Positions 1 to 9,759 are shown, numbered from the stretch's first letter. The stretch is 64,000 nucleotides of DNA from Candidatus Moanibacter sp. (GCA_965215885.1 CBDCEW010000103.1:128001-192000); one strand, 5' to 3'. Notes: generated from the letters alone by a model not told the origin. Numbers and translations: made by a program.

Positions 1-1
1 C

Positions 2-703
2 AGTGATTCGATCGGTTCCCTTGCCGGCGCCGGCAGTGTTACCCTCGGCACCGCCACGCTTACAGCGGGTGGAGACAATACATCCACAACATTCAGCGGT
101 ATTGTCAGCGAAACCGGAAATCTGGTCAAAGAGGGCACCGGAACCTTAACCCTGAGCAACGCTAACACGTATTCCGGCACAACCACGATCACCGGCGGCA
201 CTCTGGAATTGAACAACGGTTCCGGCGAATCGATCGACAACAGCTCCCAGATCAATCTGACCGGCGGTACTCTCCTCCTCGCCGCCAGTGATCAGATCGA
301 TGACGCCACCAATATGAATCTCAATGGCGGCACTTTCAGTACCGCCGGTTTCGACGAATCTCTCGCCTCCCTTACCCTCAGCGCCGATTCTACAATCGAT
401 GTCGGCGCCGGCGGAAGCATCATCAATTATACCAGCGGGACTTACAGCGCAGGCCAGCTCACAATCGATAGCTGGGCCGGTTCTGGCGGCGGCGGCGGTT
501 CCGATCAGATTATCTTTGGCAACAGTCTCAGCCAGACTTTTCTGGACAGCGTGGTCTGGACCGACCAGGGCATAACCGGCGCCTTTCAACTTCCCTCCGG
601 CGAAATCGTCCCCATTCCCGAACCAGCCACTATCTTCAGCGGAGCCCTTCTTATCGGTCTCATCGGCATCGACTTCTACCGCCGCAGGAAGTCGACGGGA
701 TAA
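2..703 (+). CDS. PEP-CTERM autotransporter-associated beta-strand repeat surface protein (5'-partial)
   Basis: Frame is open from position 2. It has passenger-type repeats (LVKEGTGTLTLSNANTYSGTTTITGGTL) and a C-terminal IPEP-TM-RRRK sorting signal. Confidence 0.9.
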   Translation, partial: SDSIGSLAGAGSVTLGTATLTAGGDNTSTTFSGIVSETGNLVKEGTGTLTLSNANTYSGTTTITGGTLELNNGSGESIDNSSQINLTGGTLLLAASDQIDDATNMNLNGGTFSTAGFDESLASLTLSADSTIDVGAGGSIINYTSGTYSAGQLTIDSWAGSGGGGGSDQIIFGNSLSQTFLDSVVWTDQGITGAFQLPSGEIVPIPEPATIFSGALLIGLIGIDFYRRRKSTG

Positions 704-1155
704 TTTCTATAAATCGCCGTAGTCCCGGCGCGCCGGGAGGAGGATTTCGACGCAATCCCGCTTCCAAGCCTCCTCGCATGTACTCTTTCCCGCGTCCACG
801 CTTCTCAGCACCCTCACTTCCCCCATCCTCCCCCTTGCATTGAGCCTTCATCAGCTTCCAAAAACCTCATCGGGAACCTCCCTCTCGAACCTTGTCGAAT
901 AGGTAGAGACTAAATTCGAGAATTTAAACACGATTTCGAACGGGATTCAGCGAACCTCAATTTTTCGGCTCAATTGTAAAAATCTCACTAATTTCCAGCC
1001 AAAAATTTGTAAAACGATGAGTCTAAGCCTTTGTTATATAGACATTTATGAAAGTATTCTATAATTTGGTCGATAATATTCCGAGAACGCTGCTCGGAAT
1101 TCTCTCACAAAGACATGGATGCCTTTAACTTGTCGAGGGAAGCAAGCATTATTAA

Positions 1156-3051
1156 ATGAACCGTCCAATCTTCAGTCTAAAGTCGATCTCCCTTGTCGCC
1201 ATTCTGTTGTTTTCAGCAAGTGGTCCGCTCTACGGGCAAGCACGAATTTGGGATGGCAGCACCGACAACGACTGGGATGACGGGACCAACTGGACACCGG
1301 CGAATATACCAAATACTACAGGAGAATTCGCCTTTTTTTCCGGTCTAACACCCGGTACTATCGACCTCAGCGACGGAGCCCCGGCCACCAATATCACCAC
1401 TGCTGGGATCCTCTTTAACACTACCAGCAACTACACCATCAACCCCGGAGGAAACGCCGCTAACTCCCTCACCTTCGACTCAACCTTAGGCTTTCTCGGA
1501 GGTCTTCCCTTTATCATTACCATCAATACAGGCGCCCAAACCGTTAACGCAGACATGATTCTCAATGAAACGCTTATCGCCGCCAATCTCGCCTCCGCAA
1601 ATCTGACTTTAGCAGGCGACATTTCTGGCGCTGGTGGCCTCACCGCGATCAACGTAACGCCTGCCATACTCTCAGGTAATAACTCTTATGCAGGAACCAC
1701 TTCCGTACTCGCCGGCACCGTCATCCTTAATTCCTCCGGAACCGCCGTGCCGGGAAGCCTTACCCTCGGTGACGGCGTGGGTGGAGCCGGCGCGGACATC
1801 GTTCAGCTTTCAGCAAGTGATCAGATTGCCAATACATCCGCTGTCACCATCGCCTCCAGCGGGCGCCTCGACCTCAATAATTTCAATGACACGATCGGCT
1901 CACTTGCCAGCGCCTCCGCCACCTCACAGGTCTTTCTCGGCTCCGGAACACTTACAGCAAGTGATGCTACAAGCACCACTTTCGCCGGAGTGATTTCTGA
2001 GACTGGTAATCTCATCAAACAGGGTGCAGGCACGCTCACCCTCTCAAACGCGAATACTTACACTGGAACAACCACCGTGTCCGCGGGCACTCTCGAGATT
2101 CAAAATGCCACCGGCCTCGGCACCGCTGCCTCGGGCACAACCGTCCAGTCCGGAGCCAGTTTGGAACTCGCCCTCCCTGCGGGGTTTAATGGCATTGCCG
2201 AATCGATAACACTTAACGGTACCGGCGCAGGGGCAACAGGCGCCCTCATCAACACGAGCGGCGCGAATATCCTGACCGGCACGACCACCATCGCGTCAGA
2301 TTCTCTCGTGGTCGACGGTGCTGCTGCTGCCCTGATCTTCGTCGGGAATGTGAATCTCGGTGCCAACACATTGACGATCCAGGAGAATAACGTCGGGGGC
2401 ACCTTCGTCGGCAGTGTCATCTCCGGCTCAGGAGGAATAGTCAAGACCGGAGCGGGCACCTGGTTTATGAATGGCACCGCCTCCAACACCTACACCGGAG
2501 ATACTACAGTCAACGCCGGAACCATGAGCCTGGGAAAGACCGCCGGCCTCGACGCGATTTCCGGCGCAAACATCAATCTGAACGCCGGCACCCTCCTCCT
2601 CGCCGCTGACAATCAGATCGCCAATGCGACCAATATGAATCTCAATGGCGGCACTTTCAGCACCGCCGGCTTCGACGAATCCCTCGCCACCCTTACGCTC
2701 AACGCCACTTCTACCATCGATGTCGGCGCCGGAGGGAGCATCATCAATTATACCAGCGGCACATACAGCGCAGGCCAGCTCAATGTCACCAGCTGGGCCG
2801 GTTCTTTCAGTGGCGGCGGTTCCGATCAGATTATCTTTGGCAGCAGTCTCACTCAGACCTTTCTGGACAACGTGGTCTGGACCGACCAGGGCATAACCGG
2901 CGCCTTTCAACTTCCCTCCGGCGAAATCGTCCCCATCCCCGAACCTGCCACCATCTTCAGTGGAGCCCTTCTTATCGGTCTCATCGGCATCGACTTCTAC
3001 CGCCGCCGCAAGAAGTCGAAGGGATCAGAGCTTATCGATCCCGAAAGCTGA
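1156..3051 (+). CDS. PEP-CTERM autotransporter-associated beta-strand repeat surface protein
   Basis: Signal peptide, several LxKxGxGTLTLSxxNTYTGxTTVxAGTL repeats, and a C-terminal IPEPATIFSGALLIGLIGIDFYRRRKK. Confidence 0.92.
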   Translation: MNRPIFSLKSISLVAILLFSASGPLYGQARIWDGSTDNDWDDGTNWTPANIPNTTGEFAFFSGLTPGTIDLSDGAPATNITTAGILFNTTSNYTINPGGNAANSLTFDSTLGFLGGLPFIITINTGAQTVNADMILNETLIAANLASANLTLAGDISGAGGLTAINVTPAILSGNNSYAGTTSVLAGTVILNSSGTAVPGSLTLGDGVGGAGADIVQLSASDQIANTSAVTIASSGRLDLNNFNDTIGSLASASATSQVFLGSGTLTASDATSTTFAGVISETGNLIKQGAGTLTLSNANTYTGTTTVSAGTLEIQNATGLGTAASGTTVQSGASLELALPAGFNGIAESITLNGTGAGATGALINTSGANILTGTTTIASDSLVVDGAAAALIFVGNVNLGANTLTIQENNVGGTFVGSVISGSGGIVKTGAGTWFMNGTASNTYTGDTTVNAGTMSLGKTAGLDAISGANINLNAGTLLLAADNQIANATNMNLNGGTFSTAGFDESLATLTLNATSTIDVGAGGSIINYTSGTYSAGQLNVTSWAGSFSGGGSDQIIFGSSLTQTFLDNVVWTDQGITGAFQLPSGEIVPIPEPATIFSGALLIGLIGIDFYRRRKKSKGSELIDPES

Positions 3052-3162
3052 AAGCCAGGAATATGAAACTGAATTTTGGTGGAAGAGGGTTCCAATAATG
3101 CTCGTCTCGAATCCGTGAGAACGACCGTCCGGCCACTGTCCACTGATTACTTCCCCTCTTCC

Positions 3163-3228
3163 CTTTGCGACTTTGCGGCTTCTCGACAGGGCGTAGTGAC
3201 GCTTGCGGGTCGAAGACCGTTGCGTGAG
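3163..3228. repeat. Dispersed ~66-bp intergenic repeat (second copy ~19551-19616)
   Basis: CTTTGCGACTTTGCGGCTTCTCGACAGGGCGTAGTGACGCTTGCGGGTCGAAGACCGTTGCGTGAG is nearly identical to the copy near 19551. Confidence 0.8.
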
Positions 3229-3479
3229 AATTCTTTCCTCTTTCTCTCCGTTTTCCTCTGTTTCTCCCGGCGCGCCGGGATTCAACGTTCTTGATCCGTT
3301 GCCAATCCTTCTTCATTGATTCCGCAGTTTTCCCTGGCACGGCGCAGCGCAGCGAAGACGGCTCGAATCCGTGGTCATTTCTTCTTCATCCGCGTGCATC
3401 TGCGGTTCTCTTCTTCTTTTTTGGTTGCCCGTTCGAGAGCCTCAGGGGCGTGAGTCTGTCGCAGGACGGCTACGCTGCG

Positions 3480-4324
3480 CTAGCCCGGACATTTCACACA
3501 CTTCGTAGCGAGACGGCGTAGATCGCTGCGTGTCAATGCCTTTCCGAAGCACGGCAGGCGACAGTGTGTTAAGACCCTCTGAGGTCGCCGGGCAAGGGAA
3601 GGCATTGACACGCGGTGAGATCCGTCGTCGTAGAAGCAGATTTGGTCGCGGTAGGAATCCCCGTCGCCGGGGACCCCCCGCACAGATCCCGGCGAGCGGA
3701 ATTACCGCACCGGGCTCCTCCCTCGGGTATTAACGCGCAAGCGTACTGTGCCGCTCGCCGTATCCTCGCCTGCGCTTGTGACAAGCTTTCCCGGTCCTGT
3801 GTCCGGCGGTTGGTTTGCTCTTGAGGATTCCCCTTGGGCAGGTCCCTTTCCTCCAGCGACTCCGCCAACAGTGCCGCAGCACCATCTTTGTTCGCCGCCT
3901 TCTTCGGTACTACGGACCTGTCCGACTGCCGTGGACCGTTCATCACCGCATTACTCCTTGGATTCGCGGTGCCGACAACGCTGCTTTGCGCTGCCAGCCC
4001 TCGGCTCTCCCGATTCCCGCTCAGTAAGCTTCCTTGCATGCCCCGCTCTCCGACCGCGCAGAGGCCGGACGGCTCTTCGTCTTTGCGACCCGTCCGATTT
4101 TGCCTTCCCCATATTTCAAGAAGGTCGGCCCTCCAAACCTTGCCCAACTTTCGCGGCTCAATCACCCAGCCTGCATCTTCCCCTGTCAACGCTTGCAGCA
4201 TACCCTCTCAGATATACCGCCATGACTCGGGGCCAGTACGATTGGCTAGTTCTTTACTGTATGACTCTTTCATTCACTACTTACTGCCGGTTTTAATCGG
4301 CGCTGTCTGAAATGTTCGGGCTAG
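3480..4324. mobile_element. 182-bp MITE (CTAG-ended TIRs) interrupted by a group II intron
   Basis: Ends are CTAGCCCGGACATTTCA and TGAAATGTTCGGGCTAG. Segments 3480-3644 plus 4308-4324 total 182 bp and are colinear with the uninterrupted copy at 28622-28803. Confidence 0.88.
3645..4307 (-). ncRNA. ORF-less (RT-deleted) group II intron, IIB-like
   Basis: Minus strand shows domain V GAGCCCGGTGCGGTAATTCCGCTCGCCGGGATC and domain VI with a bulged A ending CCTACCGCGAC. Domain I motifs include GCGTTGACAGGGG, GAGCCGCGAAA and GCCGAC..GAAGGCAA. An IEP N-terminal remnant (MNGPRQSDRSVVPKK..KGN..RTQ..RIRRAA) is fused directly to the IEP C-terminal tail. Confidence 0.92.
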
Positions 4325-4402
4325 GCTTCTCAGTCATCTCTCCTGCCCTGAGCCCCGTCGAAGGGGTGGCCCCTCTTCTCTTCACTTCTCGTATCGTCTT
4401 TC

Positions 4403-5155
4403 TCACGTAAAATTATACTCCCTGCGCAGCACCAGCGCGTGATCGCTACCGCGCAGCACCGCATAGTCGACTTCTACCACCTCTCCATTGATTCCGCAGT
4501 ACCGCAATTCAGTGAGGAGGCGCTCCAGATTGGCGTAGGTCCTGCCCTCCATGTCGACCAGCGGATAGATCCTGACTTCTCCACAGCACACCCTGCACAG
4601 CTCACGGCAGGCCGAATAGTGAAAGGCGTAATCCAACCGGTCCGCATAGAGGAAAAGGAAATGGGCGCACAGAACCAGTTCAAACGCGTTGTTCTTCAAC
4701 GGCAAACGGGGAAGCGTTCCGTTCAGATATCGACCACTGGCGCGCCCCGCTATGTAGTCGCGTTCAAACTCCTCCAACGCAAGGAGCCGCGCTTTCCGTA
4801 GATTCTCAACGCTGTCACAACCGTTCAGCTCAAAGAGCTCAGGTCTTTCTTTGACACGATCAATCGCTTCCGCAATGTCAAGCCGAGCTATTTCCCTCAG
4901 CGCGCCAGCCTGGCGCCCATAGAGCGGATCGACGCCAACCGCTCTGACGTTGCGGCGCATCGCTTCCGCCGTAAATGACGCCGCTCCGGCCGCGCAATCG
5001 AGCACTCGTTTCCCCCTGAAACCCTCGATCTTGAAATCCAGAAACCGTTCGTACTCGGCAAGCGTCCGGCCGAGAATGGCTACCGCTCGCGGCAGTCCCT
5101 CGGCCGGATCGAATCGCTTCTCAATCTGGGCATTCATTTTCTCTTTAGTCTTCAT
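4403..5155 (-). CDS. Class I SAM-dependent methyltransferase
   Basis: Motif I VLDCAAGAASF, GVDPLY, and LPLKNNAFELVLCAHFLFLY. Confidence 0.85.
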   Translation of the reverse strand: MKTKEKMNAQIEKRFDPAEGLPRAVAILGRTLAEYERFLDFKIEGFRGKRVLDCAAGAASFTAEAMRRNVRAVGVDPLYGRQAGALREIARLDIAEAIDRVKERPELFELNGCDSVENLRKARLLALEEFERDYIAGRASGRYLNGTLPRLPLKNNAFELVLCAHFLFLYADRLDYAFHYSACRELCRVCCGEVRIYPLVDMEGRTYANLERLLTELRYCGINGEVVEVDYAVLRGSDHALVLRREYNFT

Positions 5156-5171
5156 GTTTCCTGTCTAGTTA

Positions 5172-7088
5172 GACCTTATCCGAAAAGCTACTGATTGGCC
5201 GCAAAGAGGCGCAAAAGGCGCAAGAAAAACTTGAGAAAAATCATTTTTTGGCTTGATAAAAAGTGTCGCAACATGCTAGTGTTTAACAACCTAAGATTAA
5301 GAAAGGAGTTAAACATGCCAACATGTGCGACAGAGGAGAACAAAAGCGATAAGACGCCCCTTAGCAACCTCATTCTGCCGGTTCCAGACACGGATTTCCG
5401 TGATTTTCTGGATGAAGTTGAAGAATTGGCCGGGTTCGCGGCGCAAATCATCGAGGCGATCGAGAAGGATCTGGACGCCCATGCGCGTGAGAAGAAGAAA
5501 CTTCGATTGGAAGATCGCAGGTTCTTTGAAGGGCGCACAGCGGAGCTGCCGGAGCTGGACATCGAGGAGGAGAATATTCTGGCTGCTGAATTGAATCTTG
5601 GGGCAGGCCGGCCGCGGATGCCGGCTTATGCGGTATACGTGTTCGTGATGATTCGAGGGTTTCTGGGTTCGTTGACCACGAAACCGGCACGGCGGTTTGT
5701 GCGCGAGTCGATGAGCTTGTACGGATTTTTGCAGAGCGGGGGACTGAGAATGCCGGCGGTGACGACGATTCTGGAGAACGTGAACCTGGTCAGCCATACG
5801 ACCCGCGAGTTGATCTTTGATAAACAGATTGGGTTTATCCTCCAGGAGCAATGGGACGATTTCGGGAAGCTGACGATCGACAGCACCTCGGTGAAAGCAA
5901 ACAGCTGCTGGCCCACCGATGGGAAGATTCTGAGCGGTCTTTTGATGCGGGCCAATCGTTTGGGTCAGAAGTTGCATGTCTTCGGGCTGGAGGATTTTCG
6001 CAAGGGATGGGTTGGGCGTTGGCTGGAGGAAATGGACAAGCTGGAGTTTCAGATTTGTCTGGCCGCGGGCAAACCGAAGTCGAAGGGCAAGCTGAAGAAA
6101 CACTACCGGCGGTTGCTCAAGCGGGGCCGCAAGGCGGCCGACTCACTAACGGGGGAACTGAGCCATCTTGAAGAGGGCCTGTCGATGGATTCACTGCCTC
6201 CCACTCGCCGGGAGCTTCTGGAGCGGGCATTGAGCCAGATCAGGGGCGATATTGCCGACGCCAAGCGGGTTGTTGAGTATGCTCATGATCGGGTGTTTCA
6301 CGAAAAGAAGCTACCGTCCACACAGAAGGTCCTGAGCCTCTCGGACGGATCGGCGGCCTACATCAAGAAGGGCAGCCGCAATCCAGTGATCGGGTACAAG
6401 CCACAACTGGTTCGCAGCGAAAACGGTTTTGTCACCAGCCTGATCGTACCGCAAGGCAACGCGGCAGACTCCATTGAGCTGGCGCCGGCCATCGGCGATT
6501 CGATCAAGCGCACCGGTGTCATTGCTGAACTGGTCAGCACCGATGACGGATATGCTTCGGCGAAGGGACGCAAGGAGGTGCTGAGCATGGGGGTAAAGCA
6601 GATCAGTATCAGTGGGGCGAAGGGCAAGAAGTTGACCACCCCCGAGGACTGGGAGAGCGAGGCGTATCGCGAGGCACGCCGCGATCGCTCCGCAGTGGAG
6701 TCGCTGATGTTCACGATTAAAGATGGATTTGCCTTTGGCGAACTCGGCCGCCGCGGCATCGATGCGGTAGGCGATGAACTGCTCGAGAAGGTTCTGGCCT
6801 ACAACTTCTGCCGCATCATACTGATGAAGAAACGCCGAGGGGAGGAACTGGAACAGGCAGCCTGAATCTGACCGCTTTGAAGCTCAGAGAAAAAAGCACC
6901 ACGGGATGAGTATGCCTCCAGACAGCGGCAAATATACGTATTGTGCAGCAAGCCACGCCGATGGCCGCTCAATACCTGCTCATCGGCAGCGCCGGCAGCC
7001 TAAAACCCGAAACCTGCCAGCCATAGGCTGGTCCGCCCGTGGCGGAGAACCTTAAACCGCCCGCTCGAAAGGCTTTTCGAATGGGGTC
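5172..7088 (+). mobile_element. 1917-bp IS (IS5/ISNCY-like DDE), copy 1
   Basis: TIRs GACCTTATCCGAAAAGC / GCTTTTCGAATGGGGTC. 6-bp TSD TAGTTA at 5166-5171 and 7089-7094. Nearly identical to 29790-31706. Confidence 0.93.
5315..6865 (+). CDS. DDE transposase (IS5/ISNCY-like)
   Basis: AAGGAG RBS before ATG 5315. Motifs IDSTSV, STDDGY and RSAVESLM. Confidence 0.88.
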   Translation: MPTCATEENKSDKTPLSNLILPVPDTDFRDFLDEVEELAGFAAQIIEAIEKDLDAHAREKKKLRLEDRRFFEGRTAELPELDIEEENILAAELNLGAGRPRMPAYAVYVFVMIRGFLGSLTTKPARRFVRESMSLYGFLQSGGLRMPAVTTILENVNLVSHTTRELIFDKQIGFILQEQWDDFGKLTIDSTSVKANSCWPTDGKILSGLLMRANRLGQKLHVFGLEDFRKGWVGRWLEEMDKLEFQICLAAGKPKSKGKLKKHYRRLLKRGRKAADSLTGELSHLEEGLSMDSLPPTRRELLERALSQIRGDIADAKRVVEYAHDRVFHEKKLPSTQKVLSLSDGSAAYIKKGSRNPVIGYKPQLVRSENGFVTSLIVPQGNAADSIELAPAIGDSIKRTGVIAELVSTDDGYASAKGRKEVLSMGVKQISISGAKGKKLTTPEDWESEAYREARRDRSAVESLMFTIKDGFAFGELGRRGIDAVGDELLEKVLAYNFCRIILMKKRRGEELEQAA

Positions 7089-7427
7089 TAGTTAGAGTTC
7101 CTCTTTCCCTACGGCATTCCGTATATTTTGCTGCCATTCCCAGCGCTCCCGATTTTTTCAACAAAAAAGCCGGACTCACTTAGTCCGGCTCACGCGATGG
7201 TTCCTTTGATACGGTTTGCTGGTATGGCTTTTACCTGAAACAACAAACCCGCCATCGGCGAGCCTTTCCAAAATACCAGAACCAGAACGCAAAAATACCA
7301 GAACCGGTCGGTTTACTAACCGCCGGCGTGTACTTACAGGATGTCTGCCTACCTTCATTTCAATCGATCTTATCTATCCTTATTCCGAAATCACGCAAGC
7401 TAATTCTACGACCTGCGAATGCACCTC

Positions 7428-9321
7428 CAGGGTAAAAGGATTCCAGGAAGCAACTAGCTGATAAGCAAGAAGATAAAAAAAGAGCTAAACAAACCCGAGG
7501 GAATCAGTCATGTTAAGATGGGATGAAAGACAAAAAATCTTACCAACTGAATCCTTCGATAGATCGTTTAACTCTGCGTCTGGTCCTGCCCGAAGAGCAG
7601 GAGCGATTCAATGATCTATTGAAACAACATCATTATTTACACAGTGCGGGCAGCGCAGGAGAGACCCTGCGCTATGTGGCGCAGATCGACGGGCAATGGA
7701 TGGGCCTGCTCTTGTGGGGGGCCGCATCCTACCGGCTGAAGGATCGAGACGAATGGATCGGGTGGGACGGGGCGCAACGGCATGCACGATTGAAACTGGT
7801 AGTACAGAACCGGCGTTTTCTGATTTTGCCCGGGGTGGATCTTGCAAATTTGGCCTCCAAGACGTTGGGTATGTGCCTGAGAGTCTTAGCCGATCACTGG
7901 CAGGAGGCTTTTGGCTATCGTCCCTTAGTAGCGGAAACGTTCGTGGACCCACAGATTCACCGGGGCACTTGCTACGAAGCGAGCGGGTGGACGCCCTTGG
8001 GCTTGAGCGCGGGATATGGCCGCCAACGCGAAGATTTCTATCAACGCCATGAGCGTCCCAAGCAGATCTGGGTCAAACCCCTCAAGGCTAATGCCCTTGA
8101 GCTTTTGCGCGCTTCAGGGCCATTGCCCGCGGCACAGAGCCAGGCGCTCAATGAAACCGATAACTCCCATGCGGTCTGCCTCAAAGTGGAACAGATGAGC
8201 AGCCTGTGGGAACGCTTCAATCAGATAGAAGACTTCCGTCGTAAAGCGGGCCTTAGATATCGGCTCGCCACGGTCCTGAGCATGATTGTGCTCGGCACGA
8301 TGTGCGGCAAACAGACCCTCAAGGGCATCGTGCGCCTGGCCCATCATCTCAATCAAGCCCAATTGCGCGCCTTACGCTCCTGGAAAAACCCCAAAACAGG
8401 CCGCTATAAGGCCCCTTGCTATGATGTCTTCTATCGGGTCTTGCAAAACGTAAAGGCCGAGCTCTTCGATAAAACCCTCACCGAATTCATCTGCTTACAA
8501 GACGGCTGTTTGCCCCGCGATATTGCCGTCGACGGCAAGACCCTCAAAGGCACAAACACCGAAGAATCAAAGGCTCTGCACCTGGTGGCCGCAGTCGATC
8601 ACCAAAGCGCTCAAACCTTAGCCCAAGTCGCTACCGCCGATAAATCCAACGAGATCACCGCCGCCCAGACTCTCTTGCGAAAGATGCCCATTTTGGACGG
8701 CTCCACCTTCACCTTCGACGCCATGCATAATCAAAAAGAAACTGCCCACATCGTCGTCGAAGAACTCAGTGCTGACTATGTTATTCAAATTAAAGACAAT
8801 CAGCCCAACATGCATCAATACGCTCAGAATCTCTTCAGCTCCACCCCCTTTTTCTCCACCAAACCGTGGACAATGACCATGGGCGACTCGAAATACGTCA
8901 AATAGCAACCCATTCTCTAAGCGCTCCCTCTGCCGGCCTGCCCCATGCCCGCCAGTTCGCCTGTGTGCAACGCACCTTCCATTATCCAAACAAAGCTGAA
9001 CCTTCCTCTGAACGCTCTTACTACGTAAGCAGTCTCGATCCCGCCGATTTGAGCCCTCAACAGTTCCTCTCGAAAATTCGCAACCATTGGTCGATCGAAA
9101 ATAAAAATCATTACCCCAGGGATCGCTTCTTCGATGAAGATCGATGTATGATCCGTAATCATAACGCAGCCAGAATTCTTGCTGCATGCAGGCAACTGGT
9201 TCTCAGCCTCAAGTCTTCCATGGGCGCTGAATCCACTCCCGCACTCTGTGATGATTTCGTCTTTAACTTACATAAGGCCATCAATATCATCACCTAATGC
9301 TCCGAGAATCAAAATACCGTG
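7428..9321 (+). mobile_element. ISAs1-family element with N-terminal DUF4338-like domain
   Basis: 10-bp TSD AATGCACCTC at 7418-7427 and 9322-9331. Imperfect TIRs CAGGGTAAAAGGATTC / GAATCAAAATACCGTG. Confidence 0.88.
7523..9297 (+). CDS. ISAs1 transposase with DUF4338-like N-terminus, split by a -1 frameshift near 8844-8854
   Basis: ORF1 has HHYL..RDEWIGW..ETFVD..GTCY, then AVDGKTL, SNEIT, DAMH and IKDNQP. The -1 frame continues with HGRLE..RNHWSIEN..RD..FDED. Confidence 0.85.
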
Positions 9322-9488
9322 AATGCACCTCCGACCACTCCTAATCGTAATCGTCATCGATCTCGAAAAAGGGCTAACCGACCATCGACTGCGACCAGGA
9401 CCCGAGAGTGGACCTCCAACCAATCCTAATCGTCGTCTTAAGGCAGCCTTCGCCCGCAACCAAACTGGAAGTCCGATAAGAAAGAAGA

Positions 9489-9713
9489 GGGGTCACAGAG
9501 CGACACAGAGAAGCACAGAGGCACACAGAGATGACATAGCTGGACGATGTCAGTGCGAAATTACGATTGTGCTTTGCTTCGGGAAGGGGTTCAAGCCCCA
9601 GTGACACCGACTCCGCATCAACCATCGCATCGATAGCAATAGATCAATAAATCCCGAAGTCGACTCCTCCCAACTTTCTATACCTCCAATTACCATTCTC
9701 GGTGGTGCTCTGT
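9489..9713. repeat. Composite intergenic repeat with CACAGAG decamer arm (related copy 21672-22023)
   Basis: 10-bp periodic CACAGAG units, a shared GCATCGATA.CAATAG block, and a shared CGAAGTCGACTCC..AACTTTCTATA..CATTCTCGGTGGTGCTCTGT block. Confidence 0.7.
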
Positions 9714-9759
9714 ACTACTAACTCGAAATTGCTTGTTTTCTTAAGAAGAAATTTTCGAA

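Noticed and set aside
270..3020. DGR-like TR/VR pair between the two PEP-CTERM C-termini, given the RT-like remnant and Avd-like gene in the window
   Set aside because: Differences are not confined to adenines, both copies are coding, and the RT remnant belongs to a group II intron.
3569..4310. ORFs of 158-210 aa over the intron
   Set aside because: They are read-through or antisense frames of structured intron RNA. Only a short IEP remnant is meaningful.
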